Assembly (NCBI GenBank): GCA_044356295.1 | Contig: JBIKWN010000056.1 | Span: 1 to 16,462 of the forward strand | DNA length: 16,462 nt | Direction: 5' to 3' | Origin: Bdellovibrionota bacterium | GTDB lineage: Bacteria; Bdellovibrionota_C; UBA2361; JBIKWN01 | Shown here: one piece after another, positions 6,785 to 16,011 of the stretch | Layout: each line of letters opens with the position of its first letter | Position numbering within the stretch: position 1 is the first letter of the stretch | The notes under the pieces: model-generated | The model's database searches: none | Seen by the model: only the letters and a program-made list of their open reading frames with translations | What the model was told of the DNA's origin: nothing | Program-made: the position numbers and the translations under genes

Positions 6785-8158
6785 TTATCCGAACGTATGC
6801 ATCAATAAAAAACCAACGACAAGGACAAGAAAGATAGTAGCAAGTACGACGAGCGCCATAACAAGCTTTCCTTCTCTACCCGAACGTTTATACGCAACAT
6901 TAAGTGCTTGAAACGTACCAGTGGGCTTCCTTTCACGGAAACGTTCGTCAGAATCTGAGGAATCCTCAAATGATTCTTCACCATCCTGCGAAATATTATC
7001 AAGATCATCCTTCAAACTGTATCTAGGAGCCCCTAATGGCTTGATTTGGAGCCCCGATTCTGTATTTTTATTAAACGCTGTTTTGGATCCTTGCGATGCA
7101 ACAAATGACTGCTCTTGTTGTTCATTGAAACAGAGAGCAACTGTAATTCCACTACCGAAGTCAAAAACAACAGGCTCATTATTTAAGATCGAAGCTTCTC
7201 CCCGACTGAGCCTTCCAAAATCATAAAGAGTTCCATTTGTACTTTGATCAGTAGCAACAACCTGTCCTTGATCATCAAGTGCAAAGCTACAATGCATTCG
7301 TGATACGTGTGGCGCCCCAAGCCACATATCAGAAGTAGGATCGCGACCTATCTGAACTTGCCCATGCCCAACATCTGGAATCACGATTCGTGCTGGTCTG
7401 GCAACCTCAGAAACTGAAATGAGAATTGGATATCTTCGGGTACTTTGAGCACGAGTTCTTACAACACCAAGAGCAGATTTTTCTATTGAGCGTAGTTGAT
7501 GCTCAGATAAAACTCCCATGATAGTTGTATCACGACCTAAAACCATTGGAACAGCCGGAGCAACAGATACACGCCCTGATACTTGCTGATCATTTACAAA
7601 TGAACCGTTTGTAGAACCAAGATCTTCAATCCAGAATTCATTATTTTCAAAACCAATTCGAGCGTGTTGAGAACTAAGATCTGATTTTTCAATTCTTAGT
7701 AAACACTGCTTCGCTCTTCCAATATAGATTGGTTGATGTTTATCAAATGAAACAACGAGTTGTGGGTTACCTAATACAAGAACCGCTGGGAATTTAGGCT
7801 GAACAACAGTTGTTGCTTGACGAAGAATCCTGACCCCTGCTCTATCAGGTGGCTCTGTGTCTCGGATCAATAGATCTGTATCGATACATCGAATTAATAG
7901 TCCAAGATCTGCAACATTAAATTTTGCTTTAGTATCATAAAGCTCTGAAGGGTCTGATGATTTACTAGAATCATCATGAACTTTGCGTACACGAAACGAT
8001 CGCCCAAAGTCACGGGCAATTTCAAAGTGATATCCAGCCGTATGCATATCATCAATGATGACTTGGCATGCATCATCACCGCCAACAGTGGCGATGGGAC
8101 GACGAATCATCACTACCTCAGAGGTACCATCCTGAAATTGTATCTCTATCGCAAACAT
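6785..8158 (-). CDS. Multi-FHA-domain protein with C-terminal membrane anchor
   Basis: Two canonical FHA domains (IGR...SSQH...DLGSTNG and IGR...SRMH...DQSTNG), an N-terminal degenerate FHA-like segment (ATVGGDDACQVII) and a terminal hydrophobic helix (LVMALVVLATIFLVLVVGFLLM). Confidence 0.9.
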   Translation of the reverse strand: MFAIEIQFQDGTSEVVMIRRPIATVGGDDACQVIIDDMHTAGYHFEIARDFGRSFRVRKVHDDSSKSSDPSELYDTKAKFNVADLGLLIRCIDTDLLIRDTEPPDRAGVRILRQATTVVQPKFPAVLVLGNPQLVVSFDKHQPIYIGRAKQCLLRIEKSDLSSQHARIGFENNEFWIEDLGSTNGSFVNDQQVSGRVSVAPAVPMVLGRDTTIMGVLSEHQLRSIEKSALGVVRTRAQSTRRYPILISVSEVARPARIVIPDVGHGQVQIGRDPTSDMWLGAPHVSRMHCSFALDDQGQVVATDQSTNGTLYDFGRLSRGEASILNNEPVVFDFGSGITVALCFNEQQEQSFVASQGSKTAFNKNTESGLQIKPLGAPRYSLKDDLDNISQDGEESFEDSSDSDERFRERKPTGTFQALNVAYKRSGREGKLVMALVVLATIFLVLVVGFLLMHTFG

Positions 8159-8336
8159 TGAGAATTAACTACCCTATCCCCATCAAAACAACGGGGAAAA
8201 ACATTAACAGTTTGAGATTCTCTAAAAACTTGAACCTCTTCAACTGTTTCGGTATATATAATGGAGATTCTTTAATTTTTTTGTCAAAAACTGTTCTAAA
8301 TTCAGATTTAACCCTCCCAGAACCAAGGTAATTCTT
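8159..8336. promoter_or_regulatory. Divergent intergenic promoter region (FHA/sct operon versus response regulator)
   Basis: 178-bp AT-rich gap between divergent starts. Promoters are inferred from gene geometry only, and no boxes are assigned. Confidence 0.5.
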
Positions 8337-8699
8337 ATGAGCTCAAAAAAGATTCTTATAATTGATGACGACGTTACTGCTTTAGACATTGTTGACTTCC
8401 TTTTTGAGGATAAGGGTTTCGAAGTCATCCGAAGAACCGACGGGATATCTGCACTTGATTGTGTAGAGGAAGTTGCTGCAGACATAATCCTGATTGACCT
8501 CATGATGCCGCAAATGAATGGACAAGAGTGTATCAAAGAGATTCGAAATCGTGGTCTTAAAACTCCAATCGTAGCTTTTACTGCTTTGGATGATCCAGAA
8601 ATTCATAAAGAAGCAATGGACGCAGGTGCTAATTTAGTACTTACAAAACCTTGCAAGCCTTCAGTACTTGTTGGTCATATTGAAGGATTCCTGAAGTAA
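8337..8699 (+). CDS. Single-domain (CheY-like) response regulator
   Basis: ILIIDDD, the phosphoacceptor in IDLMMPQMNG, FTA and LTKP: the full receiver signature. 120 aa, no output domain. Confidence 0.95.
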   Translation: MSSKKILIIDDDVTALDIVDFLFEDKGFEVIRRTDGISALDCVEEVAADIILIDLMMPQMNGQECIKEIRNRGLKTPIVAFTALDDPEIHKEAMDAGANLVLTKPCKPSVLVGHIEGFLK

Positions 8700-8709
8700 G
8701 GCACGTATC

Positions 8710-9465
8710 CTACGTTACTTTTTCTTGAATTAATTTCGATAAAGATTCATAACATTCCAAAAAAGTTTGGTCTCCATCGATCAAACTCTTATGTAAGTTC
8801 ATGGTACCACTATCTCTTCGTGCAGCAGGACCTGTACAAAGCGAAGAAAAATCCTTTGAAAATGCAATGGGCAGTGAAGAATGTAAAAGCTGCTCAGTTA
8901 AAGCCTTAGCACTCTGTGAAGAAATATTGCACTCTTGAAAGAGGTTATAGCTCTGATTCAATAACATTGAGGTAAAGTTTGATGCGATGACAGACGCAAG
9001 GTGGTACTTCGCTTTATCTTCTGTACTAATCTGAAAACTCTTACCACCGATAAGCGTAAAAATATCATCAATAATTTTCTTCGCTTGTTCAGAACCTTCA
9101 ACAGCGAAAAGAACATCTTGGAAATTTGTATCAGCTCCAATTCTGATTGCTGGATGCATTGTAGCTCCAATCAATCCTTGCTTTTCAAAAACACTACTTG
9201 AAAAAGCACCACTACAATGAATAATTGGGATTTTCTTGATTGAAATACCGATGACATTCACAAGATTTTCAACGACAGGAGCGATTGCATCATCAGAAAC
9301 AGCCAACACGATAGCACTGCAGTTTGGGATCGATGAAACGAAAGCTTCTTCAAAACTTCTCGAATTAAATATCGCCGAATGATTTGCTCCAAGTGATCGG
9401 TGTAAAGCGGAGGCAACTTTGCCAGTTCCAACAATCGCTACAAACAGACTAGACGTAATTTCCAT
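8710..9465 (-). CDS. Rossmann-like plus DUF2520 oxidoreductase (PanG-like family)
   Basis: Motifs IVGTGKVA, LAVSDDAI, HCSGA, MHP, FAVEG, YHLASVIASNF and TGPAARRD. Confidence 0.88.
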   Translation of the reverse strand: MEITSSLFVAIVGTGKVASALHRSLGANHSAIFNSRSFEEAFVSSIPNCSAIVLAVSDDAIAPVVENLVNVIGISIKKIPIIHCSGAFSSSVFEKQGLIGATMHPAIRIGADTNFQDVLFAVEGSEQAKKIIDDIFTLIGGKSFQISTEDKAKYHLASVIASNFTSMLLNQSYNLFQECNISSQSAKALTEQLLHSSLPIAFSKDFSSLCTGPAARRDSGTMNLHKSLIDGDQTFLECYESLSKLIQEKVT

Positions 9466-10918
9466 TCTTTAAGTTTAAGCATTGATTCAAACATAGTCGA
9501 ATCGCTTTAAACCGCTGAACAGGTTCAAATCCCCCTATTTTGGTTAACTCGTCGTCTAATTCAAGGTAGAGGACCCCTGATTTCTCGTGATTTCCAATAA
9601 TCCCAGAAACTGAAGAGACTCGTTCGCCAAACATGACATTCCCATCCCTTTTAATAGGAACCTGAGATTGCAATGCTTCTAAAATGGGATTATCCGTACT
9701 GGACATAGAAGTGCTCGGTATCGATCTATATTCATCCAATGTCCTCTCACCGATCCTTAATCGCGGGACTAATTCGTTTTGTAAATTTGTAAGAAAGATA
9801 CAACCTCTTTTAAAACCGGACGCCGGAATACAATCAAGCACAAGAATTTGAAGTGCTTCTGGTGAGATCTCATTGGGTCGAACCAATGAATATACACGCA
9901 GAAGGCGTTGCTGGATATCTTCAGATACCTTTGTAGCAGCAGAGTTTTGACTAAACTGATATTCAGCAAATTTACGATTAGCTATTTCTAGATTTTTTTC
10001 AATTGAAAAGTCTGCTTCAAGACCTAGGTAAGGGAGTTCAGCATAGTTTTCAGACAGACTGAAGATCTTTGTTTGAAGTGATGACAAACCTTTTGGCCCA
10101 AGAATATCAGTAAGCTTTTGTGTGATTGATTTCCATTTCCGAGTTACGAGTGGATAGTGCTCTGGATCATTCATTTCAGCGAACGCTTCACTAAGCGTTG
10201 TAATATTTGATAATTTTTTTCCGAGAGCTGGCTGCTCAATATCTGTCTGTATTAAACCAAGAGCCATTCTGAGATCAGGAGAAGGATTGTTCAGTGTAAT
10301 CTGCGAAGCAATTTGTCGCGGTGAAAATCCTAGGCCTCTGTGTAAAACTATTTCAATATCTTCACCAGTTTCAGCGACATTTTGAAGAGCTTTCGCATAA
10401 ATTCTTGGATAATTCCACGCAACAAGAGCGAGCCCTAATTGCCTAATAACTGCAACCGAAAAAGCTAATCCAGGATCGACTCCTTCTTTAAGGGCTAATG
10501 CTTCAGCTGTAGCAGAGCTTATTAAACTATGCCGTAATCGTAATGATTGTGGTTTTAATGCACTTGTGAAAGCACCACAATGAATAAGTTCATCCATATG
10601 CGACATAATTTTGTCGAGTTCAGTGAGGGGTGCTGCTTCAAGAAGTTTCAACGGATTATCTACAAAAACTTCTTCTTCGGAAGCATATTTAAAAAGATAT
10701 GAAAGCAGTCCAATATCTTTTTTTATTTCTTCAATCAGAACACTACGATTACTTGTAAATTCTCCATCACGGATCCTTTGCTGAAGAAGTCTAACTGCTT
10801 TTTGGTTAATTGGTATCCAACCTGCAAGCAGATGATCGAGTGGTGATTTACTCTTTGTAGGAGAAGAAGGAGCGCTCCCAACTACCTTGTTTTGTAAAAT
10901 AAGCCGACGAATACTCAC
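9449..10918 (-). CDS. HDOD-like domain protein with a possible C-terminal GAF-like domain
   Basis: EEIKKDIGLLSYL, RHSLISSATAEALA, AFSVAVIRQLGLALV and LGFSPRQIA follow the HDOD pattern. The C-terminal GFKRGCIFL...GVLYLE is GAF-like. GTG start. Confidence 0.7.
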   Translation of the reverse strand: MSIRRLILQNKVVGSAPSSPTKSKSPLDHLLAGWIPINQKAVRLLQQRIRDGEFTSNRSVLIEEIKKDIGLLSYLFKYASEEEVFVDNPLKLLEAAPLTELDKIMSHMDELIHCGAFTSALKPQSLRLRHSLISSATAEALALKEGVDPGLAFSVAVIRQLGLALVAWNYPRIYAKALQNVAETGEDIEIVLHRGLGFSPRQIASQITLNNPSPDLRMALGLIQTDIEQPALGKKLSNITTLSEAFAEMNDPEHYPLVTRKWKSITQKLTDILGPKGLSSLQTKIFSLSENYAELPYLGLEADFSIEKNLEIANRKFAEYQFSQNSAATKVSEDIQQRLLRVYSLVRPNEISPEALQILVLDCIPASGFKRGCIFLTNLQNELVPRLRIGERTLDEYRSIPSTSMSSTDNPILEALQSQVPIKRDGNVMFGERVSSVSGIIGNHEKSGVLYLELDDELTKIGGFEPVQRFKAIRLCLNQCLNLKNGNYV

Positions 10919-11038
10919 GATGAAAGTATCGGGGGAAATAAGGATTTTAATGAGGGTAACTTACAGGTTAAACTTAGAAAATTTTTATTGTTTTAAAATT
11001 AGGGGAGCTAGCTACCAGATGATAAAACAATTACTTGT

Positions 11039-13078
11039 CTACTCTGCGTATTTTACGTAAGGATAAAGATATTTTCCCCATAAAAAGCTTGAAAAAGCGA
11101 TTATGAGCATCGACAGTAAAACAAGATATGGTTTTAATTTGGAAGGTTCATATGTTGCAGACACTTTATGGTTTCCCTGTGGAACCATAACTCCTATAAA
11201 TCCAGGACTTATCCATTCTTTTTTGGTTTCAATACCATCTACTTTGATATTCCAATTAGGATGAAAACCATGGGAAATAACCACGAGTTCATCTTTTATA
11301 AGTGACACTTCACTTTCAACACGCAAAGGATTCTTCTGTTGTACGGTTATTCTTGAATCTTTATCTGAAGGGATTGAATATGTTTTATAATTTGCGACCC
11401 ACGACCTCATCTCATTGGTTTGCCCTTGAAGATTTTCGGATCGAATAAAGCTGGAATCGCCAATAAACATTCGAGCAGAAGGACGACTCCATAAAGAGTA
11501 TTTCCCGCTTGCCATTACCTGCGAAAAATTAAGTGGTGCTTTCCAATCATACGGAGCGATGATTGAAGTAATACCATAGAGATTAAAGTGAGCAGGATTA
11601 TTAATATCAAAATCGAATAACGTCTCGCCTGCTAATGCAAACGCATGATACAAAATTCCACCGGCCGTCGGCATTCCTGTCTCAGTTGTAAATACATCTA
11701 AGGGAACAAACCCTGCAATTTTTAAATCAGATTGCCAGTTGTGACTTGCCCCAGTATAAATCCATCCGTAAGGCAATGTTTTTACTTTTGCTAAAACTTG
11801 TTGAAGAGCTGAATCACCATAAAATTCATTCGCTGCATATTGATGTCGTACCCAAGCAGTATCGTACATATTAGAACGTTCTACATATGCAGGTCGTAGA
11901 ATAAGAAAAATGAAAAAAAGTCCAAGCACTCCCGTTGCATATGATCGGGCGCAAAAACGAAACCCCGTTGCCAATGCATAGCCAATAAGAATGACACCAC
12001 TAAAATGAACACCAACTGCGAAACGGTGCACATGCAGATTTGCCAACACTGGCAGTGAATTCAAAAGGAATCCCCAGATCTCTCTGCCTGAACAAAGTGT
12101 GAAAAACAGAACAAAGATTACAAGAAATTTTGGTTTGAGTTTTTGTGTAAATGGCTGTGTGAGTGCTAGAGCAACACCAATAAACAACAATACCGTCAAA
12201 ACAGGGAAACGATCATTATCAAATAGCTGACCTTCAATTAAATGAGTCCATAGATATTCAAAACCACGTCCCTGATATTTCCATCTGGGCTCAAGAGCGC
12301 TTGGATTTATATAACGGGAATCTTGCAATATAAAAAACCATTGGTGCGCAGTCGCAATGAAAAGTAAAAAACCGTAGGTTAATACTCTGTATGTACGGAT
12401 TAAAATATCTTTTTTGCCGAACCCAAAAAATAACGCAGCACCAAAAAAGAAAAGAACAAATGCTGCAACAACATGACTTCCAAAGGTGCAAACACTAAAG
12501 AGGAGCGCTAATCCCAGACGCTTACCAGTAGTCATAAACTGGAAAAAATATCCTACAGCAAAAGGAAGAAACATCATTGCCCAAAGCTGTGTAAGGATAC
12601 CTGTTGTCCCAAAGGTAAAATTTTGAAGACCAAAACCATATTCACCACCATCAGATATAAGCGATGCAGCAAGGGCTGCACATGCTGCTTCAATACGTGG
12701 AATATGTAACAGACGTAAACCAAAGAAAATAAATACAGGAAATAGCGTTGTTAACAACACAGTCGTGCCAATCAGAACTTGAGCAATCGAAAAAAAACCT
12801 CCGCACAAACGATAAATTAGGTATACAAATTCATACGGCAGATATTGATATGATCGAAACAGCGCAAATCCAAATGGTGTCGATTCAAACCAAAAATCAA
12901 AGAGGCTGCCTCCATTTCGAAATGTTTGATCGAGTGTATTCAGAATCGCTAAGTGAAAAGCAGTATCACTGTACTGCACTTCGGGAAAATAGATCTCTGT
13001 TCGCATGCCCCACGCTATAGGCAACGTCGCCATCAATATGATGATAGTCGACCATATCTTCTCGAGGCGTTCGCTCAT
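11039..13078 (-). CDS. GT-C-like polytopic membrane protein (PTPS-related/YfhO-like)
   Basis: DTAFHL after the first TM, WFESTPFGFALFRSYQYLPY, many TM helices, and a YfhO-like C-terminus (FHPNWNIKVDG...FIGVMVPQGNHKVSATY) followed by a TM helix. Confidence 0.75.
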   Translation of the reverse strand: MSERLEKIWSTIIILMATLPIAWGMRTEIYFPEVQYSDTAFHLAILNTLDQTFRNGGSLFDFWFESTPFGFALFRSYQYLPYEFVYLIYRLCGGFFSIAQVLIGTTVLLTTLFPVFIFFGLRLLHIPRIEAACAALAASLISDGGEYGFGLQNFTFGTTGILTQLWAMMFLPFAVGYFFQFMTTGKRLGLALLFSVCTFGSHVVAAFVLFFFGAALFFGFGKKDILIRTYRVLTYGFLLFIATAHQWFFILQDSRYINPSALEPRWKYQGRGFEYLWTHLIEGQLFDNDRFPVLTVLLFIGVALALTQPFTQKLKPKFLVIFVLFFTLCSGREIWGFLLNSLPVLANLHVHRFAVGVHFSGVILIGYALATGFRFCARSYATGVLGLFFIFLILRPAYVERSNMYDTAWVRHQYAANEFYGDSALQQVLAKVKTLPYGWIYTGASHNWQSDLKIAGFVPLDVFTTETGMPTAGGILYHAFALAGETLFDFDINNPAHFNLYGITSIIAPYDWKAPLNFSQVMASGKYSLWSRPSARMFIGDSSFIRSENLQGQTNEMRSWVANYKTYSIPSDKDSRITVQQKNPLRVESEVSLIKDELVVISHGFHPNWNIKVDGIETKKEWISPGFIGVMVPQGNHKVSATYEPSKLKPYLVLLSMLIIAFSSFLWGKYLYPYVKYAE

Positions 13079-13090
13079 TGCGAGTTGTTA

Positions 13091-13657
13091 TTAAAATTTG
13101 AATTCAGCAGCGAGTCGCGGAATCATTTCGCTTTTAGGGGCTATTTCTTTCAAAGACTGAAAGTACTCTTTAGCTTCTTCATGTTTACCTTGACGCTCAA
13201 GAACCCTTACTAAACGCTCCCATCCAATAGCTTGTTCAGGAGCAACGCGAATACACTCCATCCAATGGTCTTCTGCTCCTTTAAGATCTCCCTTTGCCTG
13301 TGAGATTTCACCAGCATTAAATCGAGCAGCCCACGTAACTGATTTTAGCTCAGGAAACATGGACTTATAGTTATCTAATGCCTGATCCATTAACCCTCGT
13401 TGCTGTGCTCCCCACCCTAAAAGAAATCGTGCTCTTAGATTTTTAGGATCAAGAGCAACTTCACGTTGAGTAATATCCATTGCATGTTTTAATTGCTCAG
13501 CATTCCCTTTTGCCTCGTCAATTAATTTACTGGCAGTATTAAGTGGTGTTGTTTCAAAGGTTTCAGGACGCTTTGCAAAGTAGGTTCCAAAAAAAGTACC
13601 AAGGAATATGGCTACAATAACAAAAAAAGCAATTTGATTTTTATTCATAGAATTCAT
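13091..13657 (-). CDS. Membrane-anchored TPR protein
   Basis: N-terminal hydrophobic helix followed by TPR motifs (ALDPKNLRARFLLG, ARFNAGEI...GDLKGAE, APEQAIGWERL...GKHEEAKEYF). Confidence 0.85.
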   Translation of the reverse strand: MNSMNKNQIAFFVIVAIFLGTFFGTYFAKRPETFETTPLNTASKLIDEAKGNAEQLKHAMDITQREVALDPKNLRARFLLGWGAQQRGLMDQALDNYKSMFPELKSVTWAARFNAGEISQAKGDLKGAEDHWMECIRVAPEQAIGWERLVRVLERQGKHEEAKEYFQSLKEIAPKSEMIPRLAAEFKF

Positions 13658-13668
13658 CCATTCACTAA

Positions 13669-15936
13669 CTATTTAATAATTATTATTCCCATACCATTAT
13701 TGAGTCGAAGGAGTGGTTGCACCCCGATACTCTTCCCTATCTCATCAATATTGAGTAGAGGGAAAAGCATTTTTTCTTTTTCGCCAAATACTAAATGGGT
13801 GACTCCGTAGCTGGTAAGAGCTTGGCGATTAATATTGATGAGCAAAGAATTTTTTGCAAGTACGGCTTCCATAAAACCTTTAAACGCTTGAAGATAGCCG
13901 CCAAGTTTGTTCTCGACCCGAAGACCTTTAAAACCTGCTTGTTGTAGCGGGCTATTATATAACATTGCGTGTCTTGCCCAGCCGCAGATACCTATCCTTC
14001 CCGAGAAAGCTGCGATTCGACCTGACCAACCAAAATCGACTGGGACTTCCTGCATTCCCAGCCCACACGCTTCACCAATAACAAGTTGCTGATCATAGGG
14101 TAGGTTTCGCAAGAAATTTGCGAGGTATGAATCAGCCGGATATCGTAAATTAAATTCTGAAAACCCGTTTAAGGTCTGAGTTTGCCTTGCGCGAATTGAA
14201 CGATTTTGAAATCCAGGTGCGTGCGAGATGAAAAACGAGCAGATTACTAACGCCCCAATCAAAAGTGAAAATATTTTTATTTTTCTCTGACCAAGAAGAG
14301 TACTTACTGAAAGGGCAACAGCAAATGGAATTAAAATATATCCCTCTGGCCAAAATCGAAGTGACATTTGAAACCGTATCCATTCGACTCGAGAGTCCAT
14401 CTTATGATCGAATGCTATTACTTCGGGCATGAGCCAAATAAAAAAACTTGTTGCTGCGAATAAAGATAATACCGATTGTCTATCTTTTGGGTCATAGCCA
14501 TCCGATGAGAACGTCATAAACAAAGTAGATGCACAAAGAATCATTACCATTAACGCAGGACGCCCATATATCACCGATAAAGCAGCCAGAATAAATGTTA
14601 AAACCCATATCCATTCAGCAGCTTTTATTTTTTGAACTAATGTTTTCACCCGCCCCTTCTCTAAAAGAACAAGAGTTAAAGCTAAACAGAAAACTACAAG
14701 GACAGAGAGATTGAGATTAAGGAAAGGTAAAAGCTTACTAACGATCTCTCTGCTTGGAACAACGAATTTTACTTCGCCAGAAGGCAAATAAAGCTGTCCA
14801 GCAAAAACGATTGCAACGAGTGACGCATACGAAGCATTACTAAATAAACGCTTTAAAAGTTGAAACTCTCTGCAAGATACAATCCAACCAAGATAAAGAA
14901 TAACAAAACCACCAATGCTACAAAGATTAACGAGCAAACTTCCAGGGTGGCTAATTAAAAGTGCAGCAAGCAGTGCACCGACAATTGACGAACCAATAAT
15001 CGTTATTCGTTCATAGAGAACTAACGAAAGGAATGCTCCCCAAAAAAGTACCTGCAAGAAGTAAGCTTGAAAATATGCGTGATTGTCTCCGATCATCAGC
15101 AACCAGGCTGGATATTGATTATCAGTATACGGGATCACCTGACTACTTAAAGTCCACCAATTAACTTCATCGCCAGTAAAGAATCCTTTTATACCCATCC
15201 AAAACGCTTGAAAGTGTGTGCCTACAACAGTGATGGAAGCAGTAAAAATCGCAATGCATCGAATCGTAAATTGCTCTTTAGCAAACCTTCCAAACCAAAT
15301 AATCCAGGCTGCAATCAAAGATGCATACAACGCGGTATAAAAACTCTCAGAAAACAAAAAGAAAAACCCACCAGTATCTGCATTACCAAACCAAGCCCTT
15401 GCTAAAAATGACCAGACTCCAGGAAATGATTTTAAGAACGCATAGTACCGAATTGGCTCTCCTGAAAGCCAAACCCACTCAGGAGGATAACTTTTACCGT
15501 ATAGAAACGATTGTTGCATCGAAAGGTTAAATAGTTTTTCAACACCGACATCATCACCGTTATTGAGGAAGTTTACGAATGGATAATGTGAGCGTATCCA
15601 AAGGCAAAGGAGTAAAACAGTAGCAAGTAAAATCCATGGAACTATTTGTGAGAAAGATAACGTCGAAGGTCTCTCAGTTTTTTCAATTAGTGAGCTATCA
15701 AGGGAAACTGATCGAGTAGCCCAAAAAACAAAAAAAGCGCCAAATATAAAAGAGAGTGAATAGGAACAACCAAGACTGGCAAAGAAGGCAAAAAGAATCT
15801 GCTGTAGGGTAAACGAAAAAGTAAATGTAAGTAGCGTTGGAAACTGCGAATTTTGTAGTCTAATAATTCTGCAACAAAGAATTGGTACAGCAAAATACGC
15901 TATTAAAGAACCTATGATTGCTAGATAAAATCCCAT
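13669..15936 (-). CDS. DUF2298 (YYY-type) polytopic membrane protein, putative GT-C glycosyltransferase
   Basis: EKLFNLSM...YPPEWVWLSGEPIRYYAF (cf. EKfmd...fPP.DpW.aG..inYYYfG), WWTLSSQVIP, GDNHAY (cf. GDLHaH) and GRIAAFSGRIGICGWARH (cf. grvsa.TGlptvlGW.gHe). Confidence 0.8.
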   Translation of the reverse strand: MGFYLAIIGSLIAYFAVPILCCRIIRLQNSQFPTLLTFTFSFTLQQILFAFFASLGCSYSLSFIFGAFFVFWATRSVSLDSSLIEKTERPSTLSFSQIVPWILLATVLLLCLWIRSHYPFVNFLNNGDDVGVEKLFNLSMQQSFLYGKSYPPEWVWLSGEPIRYYAFLKSFPGVWSFLARAWFGNADTGGFFFLFSESFYTALYASLIAAWIIWFGRFAKEQFTIRCIAIFTASITVVGTHFQAFWMGIKGFFTGDEVNWWTLSSQVIPYTDNQYPAWLLMIGDNHAYFQAYFLQVLFWGAFLSLVLYERITIIGSSIVGALLAALLISHPGSLLVNLCSIGGFVILYLGWIVSCREFQLLKRLFSNASYASLVAIVFAGQLYLPSGEVKFVVPSREIVSKLLPFLNLNLSVLVVFCLALTLVLLEKGRVKTLVQKIKAAEWIWVLTFILAALSVIYGRPALMVMILCASTLFMTFSSDGYDPKDRQSVLSLFAATSFFIWLMPEVIAFDHKMDSRVEWIRFQMSLRFWPEGYILIPFAVALSVSTLLGQRKIKIFSLLIGALVICSFFISHAPGFQNRSIRARQTQTLNGFSEFNLRYPADSYLANFLRNLPYDQQLVIGEACGLGMQEVPVDFGWSGRIAAFSGRIGICGWARHAMLYNSPLQQAGFKGLRVENKLGGYLQAFKGFMEAVLAKNSLLININRQALTSYGVTHLVFGEKEKMLFPLLNIDEIGKSIGVQPLLRLNNGMGIIIIK

Positions 15937-16011
15937 AATGAACCGTAAGCAATGTATCGGAAAGATATCAAACTGAGAAGACTTAAACAGCAGTCAGATA
16001 TGGAATAGAGA

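Noticed and set aside
5455..8158. Type VI secretion (TagH/Fha) locus suggested by the FHA genes
   Set aside because: No Tss core genes are present, and the neighbours are T3SS-like.
8232..8280. Sigma-28-like promoter for the FHA/sct operon (TAAAG...ACCGAAAC on the minus strand)
   Set aside because: The spacer is 17 nt rather than 15 and the -10 match is poor, so it is not supportable.
5066..8606. Short alternative ORFs 5066-5344, 5902-6165, 6802-7008, 6921-7226, 7894-8085, 7976-8161, 8068-8331, 8240-8536 and 8382-8606
   Set aside because: They are shadow or out-of-frame ORFs overlapping well-supported genes, with no recognisable motifs.
8958..15893. Short alternative ORFs 8958-9170, 9001-9201, 9769-9969, 12291-12491, 12748-13020, 12953-13213, 13907-14092, 14150-14383, 15208-15405, 15321-15530 and 15687-15893
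   Set aside because: All lie within or across longer genes with clear family motifs and have no independent support.
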